From: an uncultured Bacteroides sp.
GTDB taxonomy: Bacteria; Bacteroidota; Bacteroidia; Bacteroidales; Bacteroidaceae
Reading direction: 5' to 3'
Assembly: GCA_944321465.1 (NCBI GenBank)
Contig: CALULL010000004.1
Span: 21,451 to 85,450, forward strand
Length of the DNA: 64,000 nt
In this document: positions 43,814 through 55,828 of the stretch, piece by piece
How positions within the stretch are numbered: the first letter of the stretch is position 1
Layout: each line of letters opens with the position of its first letter
Program-made: the position numbers and the translations under genes
The notes under the pieces: generated by a model
The model's database searches: none
The model's input: the letters and a program-made list of their open reading frames with translations, nothing else
Told to the model about the DNA's origin: nothing

Positions 43814-46329
43814 TTCGCCGTCTCCTCCTTGTCGTTTTCCTTCGCACACGGTGCAGACAAGTCTATGGCATCGGCCACTTTCTCGTCGGTCAGAGCGATG
43901 GCCAGGACTTCCTTCACGTCCTTGACGTAGTGGAACGTAAGCCCCTTCAAGTAGATTTCCTGTATCTCCTCGATATTCTTGCGGTTCTCCTCGCTCAGGA
44001 TAATCTCTTTGATGCCGGCTCGCTTGGCAGCCAATATCTTTTCTTTGATACCCCCAACGGGCAGCACCCGTCCGCGCAGGGTTATCTCGCCCGTCATGGC
44101 CAGGTCCTTCTTGACCTTGCGCTGCGTCAGAGCCGAAGCCAGCGAAGTGGCCATCGTGATGCCCGCCGAGGGTCCATCCTTGGGTATGGCACCTTCGGGC
44201 ACATGCACGTGGATGTTCCAGTTGTCAAAGATGTCCGGGTCAATGCGCAACAGCTCGGCGTGTGCCTTGATGTACTCCAAGGCAAGCATGGCCGACTCCT
44301 TCATAACGTCGCCCAGGTTCCCGGTCAACGTCAGCTTGCCGCCCTTACCCCGGCTGAGGCTTGTCTCGACAAACAATATCTCGCCCCCGACGGCTGTCCA
44401 TGCCAGGCCGGTGACCACGCCCGCATAGTCGTTGCCCTGATACTTGTCCCGGGTGTACTCGGGGGTTCCCAGGTACTTCTGCAAGTCCTCGGGCTTTATC
44501 TCGTGTGTGGGCAACACGTCGTCGGTAGCATAGGCACGTGCCAGCTTGCGCAGTATCTTGCCTATCTTCTTCTCCAGCTCGCGCACGCCGCTTTCGCGGG
44601 TATAGGACTCTACTATCAGCTCCAGCGTACTCTTGGGAAACTTAACGTCGTTCTTCTTCATGCCGTTGGCTTCCAGTTCCTTCGGGACAAGGTGGCGGCG
44701 GGCTATCTCGATTTTCTCCTCGGTGATGTAGCCGCTCACCTCGATAAGTTCCATGCGGTCGAGCAACGGGGCGGGTATCGTGTTCAGGTTGTTGGCCGTG
44801 GCTATGAACATCACTTTGGACAGGTCGTAGTCCACGTCAAGGAAGTTGTCATGAAACGTAGAGTTCTGCTCGGGGTCGAGCACTTCGAGCAAGGCCGACG
44901 AGGGGTCTCCCTGGCGGTCCATGCTTATCTTGTCTATCTCGTCAAGAATAAATACCGGATTGGAAGAGCCAGCCTTGATGAGGTTCTTGATGATGCGCCC
45001 CGGCATGGCTCCGATGTACGTCCGCCGATGTCCGCGTATTTCAGCCTCGTCGTGCACCCCTCCCAAGGACATACGCACGTATTTGCGCTTCAGCGCGGCA
45101 GCTATGGAACGCCCCAACGATGTCTTGCCCACGCCGGGAGGGCCATACAGGCAGATGATGGGCGACTTCATGTCGCTCTTCGCGTTGTTCTTCAGCTTCA
45201 AGACTGCCAGGTGCTCCAGGATGCGTTCCTTCACCTTCTCCAGGCCGTAATGGTCCTTGTTGAGCGTCCGCTCGGCATTCTTCATGTTGAGGTTGTCCGT
45301 GGTATAGATGCCCCAAGGCAAGCTCAGCATCGTCTGGAGGTAGTTCAGCTGCACGCTGTAGTCGGGCGACTGTGGATGCATCCGCTCCAGCTTGTCAACT
45401 TCTTTCAAAAAGGATGCCTTCACCTCACTGTTCCATTTCACCTTCTCGGCCTTGCGCCTCATTTCCTCGATTTCCTGCTCCTGCCCGTTGCCGCCCAGTT
45501 CGTCCTGGATGGTCTTTATCTGCTGTTGCAGGAAATATTCGCGCTGCTGCTGGTCGATGTCCTCGCGGGCACGCATTTGTATGGATTCCTTTATCTCGGC
45601 CAACTGCACCTCGCGGTTCAGGATTTCCAACAGACGGTAGGTGCGGGCACTCAGCGAGCCCATCTGTAAAAGTTCTATCTTCTCGTCTTTTTTGAGCGGG
45701 AAGTTGGTACAGATGAAATTGATGAGGAACATCGGGTTACTGATGTTCTTGATAGCGAAAGCCGAGTCCTGAGGAAACATGTCGGAGCTTTTTACGTAGC
45801 GCACCGTCAAGTCCTTGACAGCCTCTACCAGGGCCTGAAACTCCTTGTCGTCCTTGGCCGGAAGCTCGTCGCTCAGGGCCTCGACCTTGCCCGTCAGATA
45901 GGGTTCGAGCTTCACAAGCTCCTGCAAGTTCACACGCCGCAGCCCCTGTAGGATGACCGTAGTGGACTGGTCGGGCATCTCAAGCGTGCGTATGATTTTG
46001 GCTATCGTACCCACAGAATGCAGGTCGTCCAGCAAAGGGGTCTCGGTTTCGGCGTTCTTCTGGCAGACCACGCCTATATAGGTGTCGCGACGCTCGGCAT
46101 CGCGTATCAGTTTGAGAGACGATTTCCGGCCAATGGACACCGGCATGAAGATGCCGGGAAACAACACCATGTTCCGCAGCGGAAGTATCGGCAATTCATC
46201 GTCTACCTTCACGTTCATCAACTGCTCCTCGCTCCCTTCGAAGTCGGCGATTACCGAGAAACTCTTTTTCTCGTGCACTCCCTCTTCTGCTATCAAATAA
46301 TTTCTTACTTTCATCTCCTTCTGTAACAT
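43810..46329 (-). CDS. lon: endopeptidase La (Lon protease)
   Basis: [15 protein letters not shown]-domain, Walker [10 protein letters not shown] and the protease-domain [13 protein letters not shown] catalytic Ser. Confidence 0.95.
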   Translation of the reverse strand: MLQKEMKVRNYLIAEEGVHEKKSFSVIADFEGSEEQLMNVKVDDELPILPLRNMVLFPGIFMPVSIGRKSSLKLIRDAERRDTYIGVVCQKNAETETPLLDDLHSVGTIAKIIRTLEMPDQSTTVILQGLRRVNLQELVKLEPYLTGKVEALSDELPAKDDKEFQALVEAVKDLTVRYVKSSDMFPQDSAFAIKNISNPMFLINFICTNFPLKKDEKIELLQMGSLSARTYRLLEILNREVQLAEIKESIQMRAREDIDQQQREYFLQQQIKTIQDELGGNGQEQEIEEMRRKAEKVKWNSEVKASFLKEVDKLERMHPQSPDYSVQLNYLQTMLSLPWGIYTTDNLNMKNAERTLNKDHYGLEKVKERILEHLAVLKLKNNAKSDMKSPIICLYGPPGVGKTSLGRSIAAALKRKYVRMSLGGVHDEAEIRGHRRTYIGAMPGRIIKNLIKAGSSNPVFILDEIDKISMDRQGDPSSALLEVLDPEQNSTFHDNFLDVDYDLSKVMFIATANNLNTIPAPLLDRMELIEVSGYITEEKIEIARRHLVPKELEANGMKKNDVKFPKSTLELIVESYTRESGVRELEKKIGKILRKLARAYATDDVLPTHEIKPEDLQKYLGTPEYTRDKYQGNDYAGVVTGLAWTAVGGEILFVETSLSRGKGGKLTLTGNLGDVMKESAMLALEYIKAHAELLRIDPDIFDNWNIHVHVPEGAIPKDGPSAGITMATSLASALTQRKVKKDLAMTGEITLRGRVLPVGGIKEKILAAKRAGIKEIILSEENRKNIEEIQEIYLKGLTFHYVKDVKEVLAIALTDEKVADAIDLSAPCAKENDKEETAK

Positions 46330-46358
46330 TTTGTCGGTGGTAGATTTTAAAGTGTTTG

Positions 46359-46366
46359 CAAAGGTA
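46359..46366 (-). promoter_or_regulatory. Bacteroidetes -7 promoter box (TACCTTTG on the minus strand)
   Basis: The plus strand reads CAAAGGTA, 30 nt upstream of the lon ATG. Confidence 0.45.
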
Positions 46367-46452
46367 GCAGATTTCTTCTGTAGGTCTGCTATCTCGCTTC
46401 TTTAAAAAACAAAAAGAGCACCATTTTTGCTCTCCAGTCTGTCCGGTTTGCC

Positions 46453-46460
46453 TATTTTTG
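46453..46460 (+). promoter_or_regulatory. Bacteroidetes -7 promoter box TATTTTTG
   Basis: Matches TAnnTTTG, 22 nt upstream of the ATG at 46482. Confidence 0.4.
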
Positions 46461-46481
46461 CCGCACTTATTCTTTACCCTT

Positions 46482-47198
46482 ATGTCAAACGTCTATTTCA
46501 AGTTCAGAAAATTTACCATACAGCAGAACCTGTGCGCCATGAAGGTGGGCACCGACGGCGTGCTGCTCGGGGCATGGGCCTCGGCAGACAGCCCCCGGCA
46601 CATACTGGACGTGGGAACCGGCACCGGATTAATAGCCTTGCAATTGGCCCAACGCTATCCGCAGGCACGGGTTACAGCCGTCGAGATCGACACGGCAGCC
46701 GCCGGGCAGGCAGCAGAAAACTTCGCCGCCTCTCCCTGGAACGAACGACTGTCCGTCGAGTGTAACGATTTCAGACAATATGTCCCCGACACGTATTTCG
46801 ACCTGATTGTCTCCAACCCGCCCTATTTCGTGGATGCGCTGAAGTGCCCCGACCGCCAACGCAACCAAGCACGCCATGCCGGAAGCCTCAGTTACGAGCT
46901 GCTGTTCGGTCGCTCGGCACAGCTGCTTGCCCCTCAAGGCGCAGTCTGCATCATCCTGCCCACCGACCTGGAACGCCACGCCGCCGACGTGGCCTGGCAC
47001 TACAGGCTCTACCCCGAAACCCGCCTGCGCGTGTTCACCAAGCCCGGGAAGCCCTGCCGCCGGACACTGCTACGCTTCACCGCCGAAACGGCCCGGCTGC
47101 ACGAACAGGAGCTGTGCATCATGACCGCCAGCGGAGAATATTCTCCAGAATACATCGCGCTCACCAAGGACTTCTACCTCTTCGGCAAGTCCCTCTGA
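46482..47198 (+). CDS. tRNA1(Val) (adenine37-N6)-methyltransferase-like SAM methyltransferase
   Basis: FKFRKFTIQQNLCAMKVGTDGVLLGAW, the SAM motif LDVGTGTGLIAL and the catalytic DLIVSNPPYF. Confidence 0.8.
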   Translation: MSNVYFKFRKFTIQQNLCAMKVGTDGVLLGAWASADSPRHILDVGTGTGLIALQLAQRYPQARVTAVEIDTAAAGQAAENFAASPWNERLSVECNDFRQYVPDTYFDLIVSNPPYFVDALKCPDRQRNQARHAGSLSYELLFGRSAQLLAPQGAVCIILPTDLERHAADVAWHYRLYPETRLRVFTKPGKPCRRTLLRFTAETARLHEQELCIMTASGEYSPEYIALTKDFYLFGKSL

Positions 47199-47435
47199 CC
47201 GTGCCTCTCCTCCCCTTCCCCCGCCGGAAGGGAGCGAGGCGACCGAACCTGGGAAGCCGCCGAGGGAAACCGCCCCGGCGGGCAAAGAAGAGCCTGCCCG
47301 GTGGCAAAGGAACACCCGCACGGAAGCAGAGGCGCGCCAGCCGACGGGCACACCTTAGCCCGCCAAAGGGCGGAAAAAGACCGACACCGGGCGGAAAAAA
47401 CCGCGCAAAGCCATACGTTTGTCAGGCAAAACGCC

Positions 47436-47443
47436 TATCTTTG
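47436..47443 (+). promoter_or_regulatory. Bacteroidetes -7 promoter box TATCTTTG preceding the TPP riboswitch
   Basis: Matches TAnnTTTG immediately 5' of the riboswitch. Confidence 0.5.
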
Positions 47444-47448
47444 CCCCT

Positions 47449-47535
47449 CGCAACGACAAAGGGGTGCCCGTACCAGAAGGGCTGAGATCATACCCTCGAA
47501 CCTGATGCAGATAATGCTGCCGTAGGAATTGGATG
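47449..47535 (+). promoter_or_regulatory. TPP (THI-box) riboswitch
   Basis: AGGGGTGCCC...GGCTGAGATCATACCCTCGAACCTGATGCAGATAATGCTGCCGTAGGAA carries the conserved GGGGUGC / CUGAGA / ACCC / AACCUGAU..GAUAAUGC..CGUAGGAA blocks. It sits upstream of thiS. Confidence 0.85.
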
Positions 47536-47607
47536 ACATGCTTCCACACGCCCGCCACTGCGGGACACTTCTTTGCCCGTGCCGACATTAACCAACACAC
47601 ACAAGAC

Positions 47608-47805
47608 ATGAGACTAACCGTAAACGGCAAAGAAGTAGAGACACAAGCCTCTACCTTGCAACAACTGGCCGACGAACTGGCACTGCCCCCACAGGGAGTG
47701 GCTATAGCCATAGACAACCGCATGGTGCCGCGCACCGCGTGGGGAGAGCAGCCCTTGGCCGAAGGAGACAGCTTAGTAGTAATCAAAGCAGCATGTGGAG
47801 GATAG
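47608..47805 (+). CDS. thiS: sulfur carrier protein ThiS
   Basis: 65-aa [11 protein letters not shown]...[13 protein letters not shown] with a C-terminal GG. Confidence 0.88.
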   Translation: MRLTVNGKEVETQASTLQQLADELALPPQGVAIAIDNRMVPRTAWGEQPLAEGDSLVVIKAACGG

Positions 47806-47810
47806 CAGGC

Positions 47811-48425
47811 ATGATACCCGTACAATTCATCACCCACTACACCGACCGCTACACCTATCTGGACAGTGCCCGCATGGCCCTGGAGGGCGGCTGCCGGTGG
47901 ATACAACTGCGAATGAAGGATGCCACGACGGACGACATACGCCCCGTGGCACTCCAGGTACAGGCGTTGTGCAAGCAGCACGAGGCCCTGTTCGTCATCG
48001 ACGACCACGTGGAACTGGCCAAAGAGCTGGAAGCCGACGGCGTGCATCTGGGCAAGAACGACATGCCCGTGGACGAGGCCCGGCGCGTGCTGGGCGAAGG
48101 CTGCATCATAGGCGGCACAGCCAACACGTTCGACGACATCTGCCGCCTGCACCGTACCGGAGCCGACTACATAGGCTGCGGCCCCTTCCGCTTCACCACC
48201 ACCAAGAAAAACCTAAGCCCCGTGCTCGGCCTCGAAGGGTATGCCGCCCTGACGAGACAAATGCGCGAGGCCGACATACGCCTGCCCCTGGTGGCCATTG
48301 GCGGCATCACACACGAGGACATCCCCGCCCTGATGCAGACGGGAGTGAACGGCATCGCCGTATCGGGGAGCATACTGAGGGCAGACGACCCCGTGGCCGA
48401 GATGAGGCGGATACTGGACTTATGA
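47811..48425 (+). CDS. thiE: thiamine-phosphate synthase
   Basis: [41 protein letters not shown] and [11 protein letters not shown]. An alternative ATG lies at 47793. Confidence 0.88.
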   Translation: MIPVQFITHYTDRYTYLDSARMALEGGCRWIQLRMKDATTDDIRPVALQVQALCKQHEALFVIDDHVELAKELEADGVHLGKNDMPVDEARRVLGEGCIIGGTANTFDDICRLHRTGADYIGCGPFRFTTTKKNLSPVLGLEGYAALTRQMREADIRLPLVAIGGITHEDIPALMQTGVNGIAVSGSILRADDPVAEMRRILDL

Positions 48426-48466
48426 CACGAAAGAAAACGACTAACAGACATATACCTATATATACA

Positions 48467-49243
48467 ATGGAGAAACTGATTATCGCGGGACGCGAGTTCG
48501 ACTCCCGCTTGTTCTTGGGAACTGGCAAGTTCAGTTCCAACGAGGTGATGGAGCAAGCCATCCTGGCCTCGGGCACACAGATGGTAACCGTCGCCATGAA
48601 GCGCATAGAGCTGGGCGACAAAGAAGACGACATGCTGCGCCACGTGCGCCATCCCCACATACAGCTGCTGCCCAACACCAGCGGCGTGCGCACGGCCGAG
48701 GAAGCCGTGTTTGCGGCACAGATGGCCCGCGAAGCCTTCGGAACCAACTGGCTGAAGCTGGAAATACACCCCGACCCGCGCTACCTGCTGCCCGACTCGG
48801 TAGAAACGCTCAAGGCCACGGAGCAGCTGGTGAAGCTGGGCTTCGTGGTGCTGCCCTACTGCCAGGCCGACCCCACCCTGTGCAAGCACCTGGAGGAGGC
48901 AGGAGCAGCCACCGTCATGCCCCTGGGCGCACCCATCGGAACCAACAAGGGGCTGCAGACGCGCGACTTCCTGCGCATCATCATCGAGCAGGCCAACGTG
49001 CCCGTCGTCGTCGATGCCGGCATAGGCGCACCCAGCCACGCCGCCGAGGCTATGGAGATGGGCGCCTCGGCCTGCCTTGTCAACACCGCCATTGCCGTAG
49101 CCGGAAATCCCGTGCTGATGGCAACCGCTTTCAAGGAAGCCGTAGAAGCCGGCCGCCGCGCCTACGAGGCCGGACTGGGCATACAGGCCGCCACGATGGA
49201 AGCCGAAGCCAGCTCGCCGCTCACCAGCTTCCTGAACGAATGA
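48467..49243 (+). CDS. thiG: thiazole synthase
   Basis: [39 protein letters not shown] and [18 protein letters not shown]. Confidence 0.93.
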   Translation: MEKLIIAGREFDSRLFLGTGKFSSNEVMEQAILASGTQMVTVAMKRIELGDKEDDMLRHVRHPHIQLLPNTSGVRTAEEAVFAAQMAREAFGTNWLKLEIHPDPRYLLPDSVETLKATEQLVKLGFVVLPYCQADPTLCKHLEEAGAATVMPLGAPIGTNKGLQTRDFLRIIIEQANVPVVVDAGIGAPSHAAEAMEMGASACLVNTAIAVAGNPVLMATAFKEAVEAGRRAYEAGLGIQAATMEAEASSPLTSFLNE

Positions 49244-49287
49244 CACGCCAGTCTATACCTATTTTTCTATATATTAACACACACTAA

Positions 49288-50988
<1,701 letters not shown>

Positions 50989-51110
50989 ATAATGTAAAAT
51001 GAATAATGAAAAACGGTGGGGAGCACGGAGGGCGATGGTGTTATAAGCCGGAAGGTAGCCCCGCCCCCCCCCGTTTTCATTACTAATTATCAACTTATCA
51101 TTAAAACAAC

Positions 51111-52238
51111 ATGTTTTCAGACGAATTAGCCCAAATATCGTGGGACGACACCACCGCCCGCATCCTCGCCAAGACCGATGCCGACGTGCGCCGCGCCCTC
51201 TGCAAAGAACGCTGCGACATAGACGACTTCATGGCCCTCATATCGCCAGCAGCCGAGCCCTACCTCGAAACAATGGCGCGCCTCAGCCGACGCTACACCG
51301 AAGAACGCTTCGGGCGCACCATCTCCATGTTCATCCCCTTGTACCTCACCAACTCGTGCACCAACTCCTGCGTCTACTGCGGCTTCCACATAGCCAACCC
51401 CATGAAGCGCACCATACTGACGGAGGAGGAAATCGTCAACGAATACCGGGCCATCAAGCGGCTTGCCCCCTTCGAAAATCTGCTGCTCGTCACCGGCGAA
51501 AACCCTGCCAAGGCAGGTGTGGCCTACATAGCCCGCGCTCTCGACCTGGCCAAGCCCTACTTCTCCAACCTCAAGATTGAAGTCATGCCCCTCAAGGCCG
51601 AAGAATACAAGGAACTGACGCGCCACGGCATGAACGGTGTCATCTGCTTCCAAGAGACCTACAACCGGGCACACTACAACATCTACCACCCACGGGGCAT
51701 GAAGTCCAAGTTTGAGTGGCGCGTCAACGGCTTCGACCGCATGGGGCAGGCCGGCGTGCATAGCATAGGCATGGGCGTACTGATAGGGCTGGAGAAGGAA
51801 TGGCGGACGGACATCACCATGATGGCCCATCACCTGCGCTACCTGCAACGCCACTATTGGCGCACAAAGTACAGCGTCAACTTCCCCCGTATGCGCCCCT
51901 CGGAAAACGGAGGTTTCCAGCCCAACGTCGTGATGACAGACCGCCAGTTGGCGCAAGCCACCTTCGCTATGCGCATCTTCGACCACGACGTAGACATCTC
52001 CTACTCCACCCGCGAGCCTGCCGCCATACGCGACCACATGGCCACACTGGGTGTCACCACCATGAGCGCCGAGAGCAAGACCGAGCCGGGCGGCTACTAC
52101 AGCTACCCGCAGACGCTGGAGCAGTTCCACGTCAGCGACGAGCGCACCGCCGCCGAGGTGGAACGCGCCCTGCGGGCTGCCGGACGCGAACCGGTGTGGA
52201 AGGACTGGGATGCTTCCTTCGACGGCGTAAGGGCCTGA
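51111..52238 (+). CDS. thiH: 2-iminoacetate synthase (radical SAM)
   Basis: Radical-SAM cluster motif CTNSCVYCGF. Its position in the thi operon supports the call. Confidence 0.9.
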   Translation: MFSDELAQISWDDTTARILAKTDADVRRALCKERCDIDDFMALISPAAEPYLETMARLSRRYTEERFGRTISMFIPLYLTNSCTNSCVYCGFHIANPMKRTILTEEEIVNEYRAIKRLAPFENLLLVTGENPAKAGVAYIARALDLAKPYFSNLKIEVMPLKAEEYKELTRHGMNGVICFQETYNRAHYNIYHPRGMKSKFEWRVNGFDRMGQAGVHSIGMGVLIGLEKEWRTDITMMAHHLRYLQRHYWRTKYSVNFPRMRPSENGGFQPNVVMTDRQLAQATFAMRIFDHDVDISYSTREPAAIRDHMATLGVTTMSAESKTEPGGYYSYPQTLEQFHVSDERTAAEVERALRAAGREPVWKDWDASFDGVRA

Positions 52239-52267
52239 TAAACCGAAACCATCTTCAGCTCGCGCCT

Positions 52268-52969
52268 ATGGACAACAACCAACGATACCAGCGCCAAACC
52301 GCCCTGCCACAGCTGGGCACGGAGGGACAGCAACGACTTGCCCGGACCCGCGTGCTCGTCGTCGGCGTGGGCGGACTGGGGTGCCCCGCAGCCCTCTATC
52401 TGGCAGCGGCAGGCATCGGCACCTTGGGACTGGCCGACGACGACCGTGTGTCACTGAGCAACCTGCAACGCCAGGTACTCTACACCGAGGCCGAAGTGGG
52501 CCAGCCCAAAGCCGCCTGTGCCGCCCGCCGCCTGCGCCAGCTCAACAGTAGTCTCAACGTAGAGGTGCACCCCCTGCGGCTCACTGCCGCCAATGCCGCC
52601 GATATTGTGTCGCGCTACGACCTGGTGATGGACGGCTGCGACAACTACACCACCCGCTACCTGCTGAGCGACTGCTGCTCGTCGCTGCATATACCTTATA
52701 TATATGGAGCCATACGCGGCTTTGAAGGGCAGGTGTCCGTCTTGTGCCACGGACAACCCGAGCGCACCTACCGCGACCTCTACCCCGATGAAGCTGCCAT
52801 GTGCCTCCTGCCGCCCGACAGGGCCGTGATGGGCATCACCCCCGCCGTGGTGGGCAGCGTGCAGGCCAGCGAGGCCCTGAAAGTGGCGGCCGGCTACGGC
52901 GAACCGCTCTGCGGACGGCTCTGGACGATAGACCTGCTCACCATGCAGACGCACTTGCTGTCTTTTTAG
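52268..52969 (+). CDS. thiF: ThiF/MoeB family adenylyltransferase
   Basis: RYQRQTALPQLG...VLVVGVGGLGCPAALYLAAAGIG...DDDRVSLSNLQRQ. Confidence 0.85.
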   Translation: MDNNQRYQRQTALPQLGTEGQQRLARTRVLVVGVGGLGCPAALYLAAAGIGTLGLADDDRVSLSNLQRQVLYTEAEVGQPKAACAARRLRQLNSSLNVEVHPLRLTAANAADIVSRYDLVMDGCDNYTTRYLLSDCCSSLHIPYIYGAIRGFEGQVSVLCHGQPERTYRDLYPDEAAMCLLPPDRAVMGITPAVVGSVQASEALKVAAGYGEPLCGRLWTIDLLTMQTHLLSF

Positions 52970-53372
52970 GGGACGAGGGGATGACGAACACCCCCATGCA
53001 GGGGCGGTTCTTGCGGTCGCCCGACCCCAGGGCGGTGACAAGCCCCGTCCCTACAGCGAGTGGGCATTTGATGGTCGCCAAGCACCGGGCATTTGAATAA
53101 AGGGACAAGGAGTTAGACACGAGATACAAGGGGAAGGCAGTCACCACGTAGGGGCGACTGCAAGGGTCGCCCTCGCCGTATGGCAGCCCCTTCGGGGCCG
53201 TCCTGTCCTATGGGACGTGAGGGAATAGCGGCGTATCCCACGCAAACGTAATTGGGGGCACCCACGGTGAGCGAATGTTAAAAGCCCGCATTTCCCGTGG
53301 CAGAAGCATCCCAAGTGGAGGGGATACAGGAGCAAGACGTTGAAGTACAACAACATACAAGAGACAAGAGAA

Positions 53373-54797
53373 ATGAAACTTATCGTTATCACCCGCCCCG
53401 ACTTCTTCGAGGGCGAAGCCGATGCCATCGGCAACCTGTTTCGCGCCGGACTGCAAACACTGCATCTGCGCAAACCTGGGGCGACAACTGCCGATGTGGA
53501 GCATCTGCTGCAACGGATAGACCACACATACCACGACCGCATTGTCCTGCACGAGCACTTCGACCTCGTACCCCGCTACGGCCTGAAAGGCATACACCTG
53601 AATGCCCGCAACCCCGAACCGCCTCAAGGCTATACGGCGAGGCACATCAGCCGGTCATGTCACACGCTGGAGGAAGTCGTACGCCACAAGGCGGCCTGCA
53701 CCTACGTGTTCCTCAGCCCCATCTTCGACAGCATCTCCAAGCAAGGTTACGCCTCGAGCTTCGACCACGATACCCTGCAGCGGGCACAGCGCGAAGGCAT
53801 CATCGACGAACATGTCGTGGCCTTGGGCGGCATCGACGCGGCACGCCTGCCGCAGGTCGAGGCACTGGGCTTCGGCGGTGCCGCTGTGCTGGGCGACGTG
53901 TGGAGACGGGCCGACGGGCCTGACTTCGTGCCCCACTTCGCCCGCCTGCGCCGTGCTGCCACAGGCGAACCGCCTACGATACTTACCATAGCCGGTTCGG
54001 ACTGCTCGGGAGGAGCAGGCATACAAGCCGACATCAAGACCATCTCGGCATTGGGCGGTTATGCCGCCTCGGTCGTCACTGCCGTCACGGCACAAAACAC
54101 CCGAGGCGTGCAAGGGGTCTACCCCATGACAGCACAGGCCGTGGAACAGCAAATCGTCTCGATAGCCGACGACCTCGACGTGCAGGCCATCAAAGTGGGC
54201 ATGGCCTGCGATGCCGACATAGCCCATGCCATAGCCCGAGGGCTGGAAGGCTGGAGGGGGCGACCCGCCGTGTGCGACCCCGTGATGCTCTCCACCAGTG
54301 GCCGCAGGCTGCTGTCGCCCCAGGCCGTGGGAGTGCTCGAAGCCGAAGTCTTTCCCCATTGCGCCCTCATCACCCCCAACCTGCCCGAAACGTCCTGTCT
54401 GCTGGGCCGCCCCGTAGCCTCGGTGGACGAGATGGACGAAGCCGCACGGCTGCTTGCCCGGCGATATGGCACGGCAGTACTCGTCAAAGGCGGACATCTG
54501 GACGGGGACGAGACGTGCGACGTGCTCTGCCACAGCGGAGACCGCCTTATTCACTATCCCGCCCCCCGACTGCAAAGCCCCAACACCCACGGCACGGGCT
54601 GCACCCTGTCCTCGGCCATCGCCACCCTGCTGGGACGCGGACAGGAACTTCCCCAAGCCGTCGGGGAGGCCAAACTATACTTGTCGGCCGCCATTGCAGA
54701 AAGCGCACAATGGCGCATAGGAGATGGGAACGGTCCTCTCAGCCACTTCAACCACTCCCGAGAAACGCTCACAAAGAACCTTATCACAAAGACATAG
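53373..54797 (+). CDS. thiD: bifunctional thiamine-phosphate synthase-like (TenI/ThiE-type) / hydroxymethylpyrimidine-phosphomethylpyrimidine kinase
   Basis: The N-terminal ~200 aa are ThiE/TenI-like (LHLRKPGA...SCHTLEEV...VFLSPIFDSISK). The C-terminal half is ThiD (ILTIAGSDCSGGAGIQADIKT...VCDPVM...VKGGH...GTGCTLSSAIA). Confidence 0.88.
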   Translation: MKLIVITRPDFFEGEADAIGNLFRAGLQTLHLRKPGATTADVEHLLQRIDHTYHDRIVLHEHFDLVPRYGLKGIHLNARNPEPPQGYTARHISRSCHTLEEVVRHKAACTYVFLSPIFDSISKQGYASSFDHDTLQRAQREGIIDEHVVALGGIDAARLPQVEALGFGGAAVLGDVWRRADGPDFVPHFARLRRAATGEPPTILTIAGSDCSGGAGIQADIKTISALGGYAASVVTAVTAQNTRGVQGVYPMTAQAVEQQIVSIADDLDVQAIKVGMACDADIAHAIARGLEGWRGRPAVCDPVMLSTSGRRLLSPQAVGVLEAEVFPHCALITPNLPETSCLLGRPVASVDEMDEAARLLARRYGTAVLVKGGHLDGDETCDVLCHSGDRLIHYPAPRLQSPNTHGTGCTLSSAIATLLGRGQELPQAVGEAKLYLSAAIAESAQWRIGDGNGPLSHFNHSRETLTKNLITKT

Positions 54798-54905
54798 ATA
54801 GCACACCCCCCGATACGTCCGTGTCCCTCCCCGCAGGAACATTTATAGAGCAAAAGCCGACAACACAATCGCTGCACAACATTTCGGCTTACCGAAAAAA
54901 TTGCG

Positions 54906-54913
54906 TAAGTTTG
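54906..54913 (+). promoter_or_regulatory. Bacteroidetes -7 promoter box TAAGTTTG
   Basis: Matches TAnnTTTG, 39 nt upstream of the patatin-like gene ATG. Confidence 0.45.
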
Positions 54914-54951
54914 TCGCCCCAAGAGACAGCCACAAACGACAACGACCCATT

Positions 54952-55812
54952 ATGGAAACAACGACCGACAACAATCTGTGGAGAAAATATGCCATAGGAT
55001 TCGCTCTTAGCGGAGGTTTCATCAAGGGCTTTGCCCACTTGGGTGTCATACAAGCCTTGCTGGAACACGACATCCATCCCGACATTCTGTCCGGGGTGAG
55101 TGCCGGTGCATTGGCCGGTGCATTCTATGCTGACGGCAACGAACCACACAAGGTACTTGAATACTTTGCGGGGCACAAGTTTCAGGACCTGACGAAGCTG
55201 GTGCTACCGCGTGTGGGGCTGTTCAACCTTGACGAATTCATCGATTTCCTGCGCACCAACCTCAAAGCCCGCCGACTAGAAGAACTGCGCATACCGCTCA
55301 TCGTCACCGCCACCGATCTGGACCACGGTCGACTGATACACTTCCACAAGGGCGACATAGCCGAACGGATAGCGGCCTCATGCTGCATGCCGGTGCTGTT
55401 TGCCCCCGTCAAAATAGACGGCACCAACTACGTGGACGGCGGCGTGATGCAGAACCTGCCAGTATCGGTCATCCGACGCATCTGCAAACGGGTAGTGGCA
55501 ATCAACGTCAGCCCGCTCATAGCCCCCAAGTACAAGCTGAACATCGTGAACATTGCCCTGCGCTCCTACAACTTCATGTTCCGCTCGAACACGTTCCCCG
55601 AACGCGAGAAGGCCGACCTGCTCATCGAACCTTACAACCTGAACGGATATGGCAACACCGAACTGGAGAAGGCCGAAGAAATCTTTATGCGGGGCTACAA
55701 TACAGCCAACGAAACCCTCGAATGCCTTATGCATGAGAAAAGCGGCCTGTGGGGCAAGCACAAAGCCCAAAAACTGAAGGAACAGACAGACAACGAACCA
55801 AATACGAAATGA
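54952..55812 (+). CDS. patatin-like phospholipase
   Basis: Oxyanion GGGFIKGFAHLGV, nucleophile elbow GVSAGA and a later DGG motif. Confidence 0.88.
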   Translation: METTTDNNLWRKYAIGFALSGGFIKGFAHLGVIQALLEHDIHPDILSGVSAGALAGAFYADGNEPHKVLEYFAGHKFQDLTKLVLPRVGLFNLDEFIDFLRTNLKARRLEELRIPLIVTATDLDHGRLIHFHKGDIAERIAASCCMPVLFAPVKIDGTNYVDGGVMQNLPVSVIRRICKRVVAINVSPLIAPKYKLNIVNIALRSYNFMFRSNTFPEREKADLLIEPYNLNGYGNTELEKAEEIFMRGYNTANETLECLMHEKSGLWGKHKAQKLKEQTDNEPNTK

Positions 55813-55828
55813 ACGATATAAGGAGACT

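Noticed and set aside
52970-53372. Second TPP riboswitch in front of the thiE/thiD fusion gene.
   Set aside because: The region is structured and GC-rich but lacks the invariant CUGAGA and ACCUGAU...GAUAAUGC...CGUAGGGA blocks that are obvious in the genuine riboswitch at 47449-47535.
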